DNA from: an uncultured Actinomycetes bacterium | GTDB lineage: Bacteria > Actinomycetota > UBA4738 > HRBIN12 | Length of the DNA stretch: 64,000 bases | Assembly: GCA_963810635.1 (NCBI GenBank) | Contig: CAWEOB010000002.1 | Location: forward strand, 2,320-66,319 | Direction: 5' to 3' | Translations under genes and position numbers: made by a program | The notes under the pieces: model-generated | Seen by the model: the letters and a program-made list of their open reading frames with translations, nothing else | Told to the model about the DNA's origin: nothing | Database searches by the model: none | Part shown: one piece after another, positions 59,185 through 64,000 of the stretch | Layout: the number at the start of each line of letters is the position of its first letter | How positions within the stretch are numbered: position 1 is the first letter of the stretch

Positions 59185-61686
59185 CTACAGGTGCGATTGC
59201 TCCTTCATCCATCGCATCGCGAACCCCCCCCAGAGCGGAGGCAGGTAGAAGGTCACGAGGCGGTACGCGATCGCGGTCGACGCCGCCGCTCCGTCGGGGA
59301 TGCCGATCGCGATCAGTCCCGCGGTCAGCGCCGCCTCCGCGACACCGACGCCGCCCGGCACCGGCATGAAGCCCGCGAAGAGGCTGACGAACGTGTTGAC
59401 CAGGATCAGCGCCGCCAGGGACGCAGACTGCCCGAACGCACGCAGGCACAGCCCGAGGATGATCGCGAGCATCACCTGCGCGACCAGGTTGCCGCCGAGG
59501 AGCAGTACGACCTTCTTCGGATGGCGGAGCACGCGGAGCGCTTCCTTCGCATCCGCCCACTTCTCGCGGAGGGTCTCGCGGAACTTGTGCAGCTTCGCGC
59601 GGGTCTTCGGGAAGAGGTAGCGCGATGCCGAGCGCGGCCACCACGAGGAGGATCGCGGTCAGCAAGCGCCGCCCAGTTGAACCCCGAGCTGTCGCCGGAG
59701 GAGCTCGCGGCGTCCGTGGCCAGGTTCACGGTCACCGCGTCCGTGGCGAGGATGAGCACGATCGTGAGGATCTGGATCACGAAGGTGCTGAAGCTGTCGA
59801 GCAGCGCCGATCGAGAGGGCGCCCGCGCCCGGCACGCCGACCCGCTCCCAGAACCGGACCTCCAGCGCCAGGCGCGCCGCGGAGCTGGGGACCGCGAGCG
59901 AGATGAACTGCACCCCGTACTGCAGCATCAGCACGGGCCAGAATCGGATCTCGTGCAGGGTGGCCCCCATCGTCGAGAAGGCCTGGGGGATCTGCGACAG
60001 CGGCGACAGGATCAACGCCGACCAGCAGCCACCCCCAGTCGGCATCCTGGAACTCCGAGACGATCGTGTCGATGCCGATGTTGGCGAACGCGGAGATGAG
60101 CGTGTACGCGAGGAAGCCGATCACGGCGAGCTTCAGCGAGCGACTTCCACGTGACCCGCTGGAGCGGCTCGAGCGGCGGGATCTCGGTGCCGGTCCGCGT
60201 GGCGATCAGCTCGCGCAGGCCCTTGAGGTCCAGGTGCTGGTCGTGCATCGCCTTGCGCGTGTCGTATTCGAACGCGGCAGGCTGCAGGAACGGGAGCACC
60301 GCGGCGAGGCCGTCGTTGCCCGAGCACGTCCGCGGCGGCCGTGACCGCCCGGTCGGTGTCGGCGACGAGCGCGGTGGTCACGAGGAGTTGCGCCTGGTCG
60401 GTGCGGAGCGCCCTCTCGGGTGCGGCGACGCGAGCGTCGCCCAGATCCGTGAGCGCGGCCGAACCGTCCGACCGCACGATCAGGGTGTCGGCGTTCACGC
60501 GTCCGTGCGAGATGCCGAGCGTCGTGGAGACCGCCGAGGGCCTGCCACGAGCCGCGGAGCGAGATCGATGTCGACCTCGTCCGGCATCGAGCGAGCTCAG
60601 CGTGTCGACCGCTCGCATCGAGCACCAGGAGCGCGTCACCCTGGTCGACCTCACCCGCGGCGACGACCGACATCACGGGCACGCCGCCCCGCTCGGCGGC
60701 CAACGTGAGGAAGGCCTCGTGCTCCACCTGCTCGCAGCCGGCCGGCCCCGACGCGCTTCGCGCCCTTGTGCCAGATCGCGTACCACGTGGCGGACGACGA
60801 GCTGACCGTCCCAGGCGTCGCGCCCGAAGATCTTGACGAGCAGCGGCCGACCCTCGGGCGTCGACGCGAGGGTGAGCGCGACGCCCCGCGGCTGCAGGGG
60901 GGCGTCTCGCGTGGCGGTCGCATCGACGCCGAGCTCCCTGAGCACGTCCGTGACCTGGTCGAGGGTGAGCCGTCCGCCGGGTGAGCCCACGAGGAGGTGC
61001 ACCAGCGCGGCCGACGCCGAACCCGATCAGGAAGCCGGCGGCGACCCCGATCGGGAGGGCGGCACCGAGCGCGACGGCGGCCACCGCCCCGATCCCGATC
61101 AGCCACCTGCCGATGAGGCGGATCGGTCGAGCGAGGTCCGGTGATGCCGTCACGATGACGGCGGTGGCGATGGCGATCCGCGTCGCCAGGTAGATCGGGG
61201 GCGACGCGGAGTTGATCAAGCCTCGCAGGCTCGTCGACGGATCGGTGCCGCTCGACGCTCGCGACGAGGATCGCGAACCCCAACGCGAGCGCCACCGCGA
61301 GCACCTCGTAGAGGAAGAGTCGTTTCCTCCCGTGGGCGAACAGCGCCAGCACCATCAGGACCAACGACCAGATGATGAGGAGGACGTACGCGGCCTCCCA
61401 GAACCACCCGACGAGACCGGGGAGCTGTGCGCACGAGGTTCGTGGCAGCGGTGTCGATCGCGGTCGGCCCCGGCGCGGGGAACGACAGGACGCGATCGCA
61501 CCGAGGACCGCGAGCGCGAGCATGATCGGCGTCGGTGGGCCGACGCGATCGGGGAGCGTCGGACGCCGAAGAGAAGATCCTGATCCCTCGACGCGCCGGC
61601 GTCCGACGCCCGGTGGGACGCTCGGTCGTCTCGGCGCCCGTCGCGGGCTCGACCGGCTCGGCGGCCTCGTTCTCTTCCTGTGCCAT
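59185..61686 (-). pseudogene. large (about 830 aa) multi-pass membrane protein with a C-terminal lysyl-PG-synthase-TM / flippase-like (UPF0104) domain, broken by many frameshifts
   Basis: Sensible peptide segments hop between all three minus frames. Examples: MAQEENEAAEP...; PIMLALAVLGAIA; QLPGLVGWFWEAAYVLLIIWSLVLMVLALF; SPPIYLATRIAIATAVIV...; HLLVGSPGGRLTLDQVTDVLRELGV...LLVKIFGRDAWDGQLV; QVEHEAFLTLAAERGGVPV; LPFLQPAAFEYDTRKAMHDQ; IGFLAYTLISAFANIGIDTIVSEF; final intact piece 59185..59532 (...FMPVPGGVGVAEAALTAGL...). I count at least 10 frame changes. Confidence 0.6.
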
Positions 61687-61687
61687 C

Positions 61688-62660
61688 TCAGACCCTCCTC
61701 ATCGTCATGACGTCCTCGCCGGGTCGGAACGCGTCGCGGAAGCTGAGATCGCGCGTCGGCGGCGGGAGCTCCGGTGGCGCGCCGGCGTTCAGGGTTCCGG
61801 GCTCGCCCCCGCGGATGAACCGGCCGAGGCGACCGGTGTCCTCCGCGAAGACGGGCCCGGCGCAGGCACCGACCAGGACGCAGATCGCCGCGCCCGAGAA
61901 CCACGTCACCAGCGCCAGGGCGACGCCGAAGAAGCCGAACTGCGCTTCGTTCTTCGTCACCAACTCCGGCATCCAGACGGACGCGGACAGCGCGAAGGCA
62001 CGCCATCGCGATAGCCCGTGATCACGCCGGTCGGCACCAGCACCCGCAGCACGGACGTCGCCGAGCAGGAGCCACCACGCCGTGAACCACCAGAGCCCGG
62101 CGTTGACCGCCAGCGCCACCGACCGCCCACACGCGACGACGCCGGCCCCATCGCCGGCAGCGCCACGCAGCCGGCCGAGCAGCGCCAGGGACACCAGCAT
62201 CGCGAGCGAGCCAGGTCAGCCCGCGCCAGTAGGTGTCGACGCCGGAGTGCGGCGGTCGACGCCACGCGCGGAGGTAGACGCGCTGCATCGCCGTCGTGAA
62301 CGACGTCGCGAAGAGGAACGTGAGCACGAGGCCGAGCACGCCCGGTGGCCTTCCGGATCGTCGTCCGCTGATGCGAACGACGCTTGGAACGAGCGCGAAG
62401 GCGTCTCCCTCGGAGGCCGAGCCGTGACGGCGACGGCGGCGACGATGGAGGCCCGGGTGCGCGCGCGGCACGAACGCGGCCACGACGATCACGAGCGGGA
62501 AGAACGACACGAACGCCTTCGCCGCCAGCGCGATGCTGCGGTCGACGAACTCGATCTCGAGCATGCGCTCCCAGACGCGCCAGAGGAAGAGCCGCTCCAA
62601 CCATGTCCGGAGGTCGCGACGACGCGTGCGCGACCCCCGCTGCGCTGGTGCGCTCCGTCA
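61688..62660 (-). pseudogene. YihY/BrkB-family membrane protein, frameshifted
   Basis: N-terminal piece LERLFLWRVWERMLEIEFVDRSIALAAKAFVSFFPLVIVVAAF and LGLVLTFLFATSFTTAMQRVYLRAW (ORF 62022..62600). C-terminal piece in ORF 61688..62200 (...FGFFGVALALVTWFSGAAICVLVGA...). The start is uncertain. Confidence 0.55.
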
Positions 62661-62719
62661 TCGGCCATCGGCACTCCGTCCATCGCCCGGTCTCCGCCGT
62701 CAGGATCGAGCCGTCCATG

Positions 62720-63841
62720 TCAGGTGAGCATCTTCTTACGGTCGGCTCCGCTCGGTCGGCGACGACGCCGAAGAAGCCTCTCGATCGGAGGCGGCCGATC
62801 GCGTTGCCGGCGATCACGGTGAACGGTACCGCCAGGATGAGGCCGACGATGCCGGCGAGGAAGCCGCCCAACGCCGTGACGATGAGCACGACCAGCGGGT
62901 GGATGTCGAGGGTGCGGCCCATCACCTTGGGCTCCACGAAGTTCTCCAGGAGCAGGTTCGAGGCGAGCACGACGACGAGCATGATCGCGGCCGCGCCGAG
63001 GCCGCCGTCAGCCGAGCGCGACGATCACGGCCAGCCCGCCACCGAGGAACGCGCCGATGTACGGGATGTAGCCGCCGATGAAGTTCACCACGATGATCGT
63101 GAACACGAGCGGGAGGCCGAGCAGGAGGCGCGGCGATGCCGACGACGACCGCGACGATCGGCGGACATGGCGGTGCGGCCTCGCCCGTAGTCGCGGAGGA
63201 TCGGGCACGCGTCCGCGATGAAGTCGTCGACCGTCGTCGCGGATCGACGGCGTCGATCTTCGCGACGACGTGCGACGCAGCGCGGTGCCGTCCTTGAGCA
63301 GGTAGTACATGATCAGCGCGCCGAGGATCAAGGCCGCTGACGAAGGCCGAGCAGCGAGTCGAGACCGGACACGAACGCCGGGAGGACGCCTTCGGCTGAT
63401 CGTCGGGGCTGGCCTCCTCGAGTCGCGGCCTCGGCGTCGTTCAAGGATGTCCGGATCGACGCCGAGCTCGTCGGACCGCCTTGTCGATCGCCGCGTCGAC
63501 GGAGGCACCGATCTCGTCCGTCTGGTCGACGCACCCCGCGCACGGTCGCGACCAAGACGACGGTCATCAGGAGCGAGCAGTCCGAGGACGAGCAGGCCGG
63601 CGGCGAGGGAAGGCTTGAACCCGCCGCGTTCGAGGCTCCCCGACCACGGGTTTGAAGATCACGGCGAGGACGGCCGCGAACAGCAGCGGGAGCAGGATCT
63701 CGCTCACCGCCGACGAATGCCGGTGACGACGATGATCGTCGCCACCACGAACCCCGACGAAGCTCCACGCCCAGATCCCGATCTTGGGAGCGCCGGTCCC
63801 AGCCACACGTCCCCCTTGCCGTTGCCGGATACGTCGGTCAT
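62720..63841 (-). pseudogene. AI-2E (PerM/UPF0118) family transporter, broken by several frameshifts
   Basis: Pieces recovered: MTDVSGNGKGDVW..., IGIWAWSFVGFVVATIIVV, SEILLPLLFAAVLAVIFKPVV, ALILGALIMYYLLKDG, LLLGLPLVFTIIVVNFIGGYIPYIGAFLGGGLAVIVALG, LLENFVEPKVMGRTLDIHPLVVLIVTALGGFLAGIVGLILAVPF. They lie in different minus frames. The 3' end is uncertain. Confidence 0.55.
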
Positions 63842-63867
63842 CGAACCCCAACGATGACGCCGAGCCA

Positions 63868-63944
63868 TCACGCAAAGGGCATGAAAGCCCGCGCTCTTCG
63901 GATGGTGCGTTCGCCGTTGCCTGAGATTCACGCAATGTGCATGA
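63868..63944 (+). repeat. two copies of a 17-nt motif (TCACGCAA-N3-GCATGA-like) exactly 60 nt apart, in the less GC-rich region upstream of the AI-2E gene
   Basis: tcacgcaaagggcatga (63868-63884) and tcacgcaatgtgcatga (63928-63944) are identical at 15 of 17 positions, read directly. Confidence 0.4.
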
Positions 63945-64000
63945 CGCGAAGGTGTCCTTCGGCCGATATGGTCGGACGTCAGGGCGACCGGTCGATTTCC

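Noticed and set aside
58028-63900. Genomic island integrated at tRNA-Tyr
   Set aside because: I found no integrase, recombinase, transposase or phage genes downstream of the tRNA. I also found no direct repeat of the tRNA 3' end. The genes there are ordinary membrane proteins, and GC content looks similar until the last 150 nt.

Overview
High-GC (about 70%) chromosomal segment of Actinomycetota-like character that forms one large aerobic-respiration locus. In order, it holds the following. (1) A DUF4331 / TPR / His-rich Ni-Co-type transporter trio, next to an ECF sigma / anti-sigma pair. (2) A glutaredoxin-like gene followed by rex. (3) A minus-strand Rieske/cytochrome b operon with a split cytochrome b (b6 + subunit IV), a monoheme cytochrome c, a co-transcribed 2x[4Fe-4S] ferredoxin and extra membrane proteins. 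(4) ccdA-resB-ccsA (system II cytochrome c maturation). (5) A caa3-type oxidase cluster ctaCDEFG, a membrane-anchored tandem cupredoxin and a TlpA/ResA thioredoxin. (6) A fused heme A synthase / heme O synthase gene. (7) A complete nuoA-N operon bracketed by isoprenoid genes. (8) Directly after it, a second 10-gene nuo cluster (A,B,C,H,I,J,K,L,M,N) with no nuoD/E/F/G. (9) Two PLP enzymes, a cyclase-ATPase, DUF4242, yajQ and tRNA-Tyr. (10) A block of membrane-protein genes shredded by frameshifts. Three Rex-operator-like palindromes sit upstream of the respiratory operons. At least 13 otherwise well-conserved genes carry single frame breaks, most of them at GATC motifs or short homopolymers, so systematic sequence error is a serious possibility. 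No CRISPR array, transposase, integrase or rRNA was seen.
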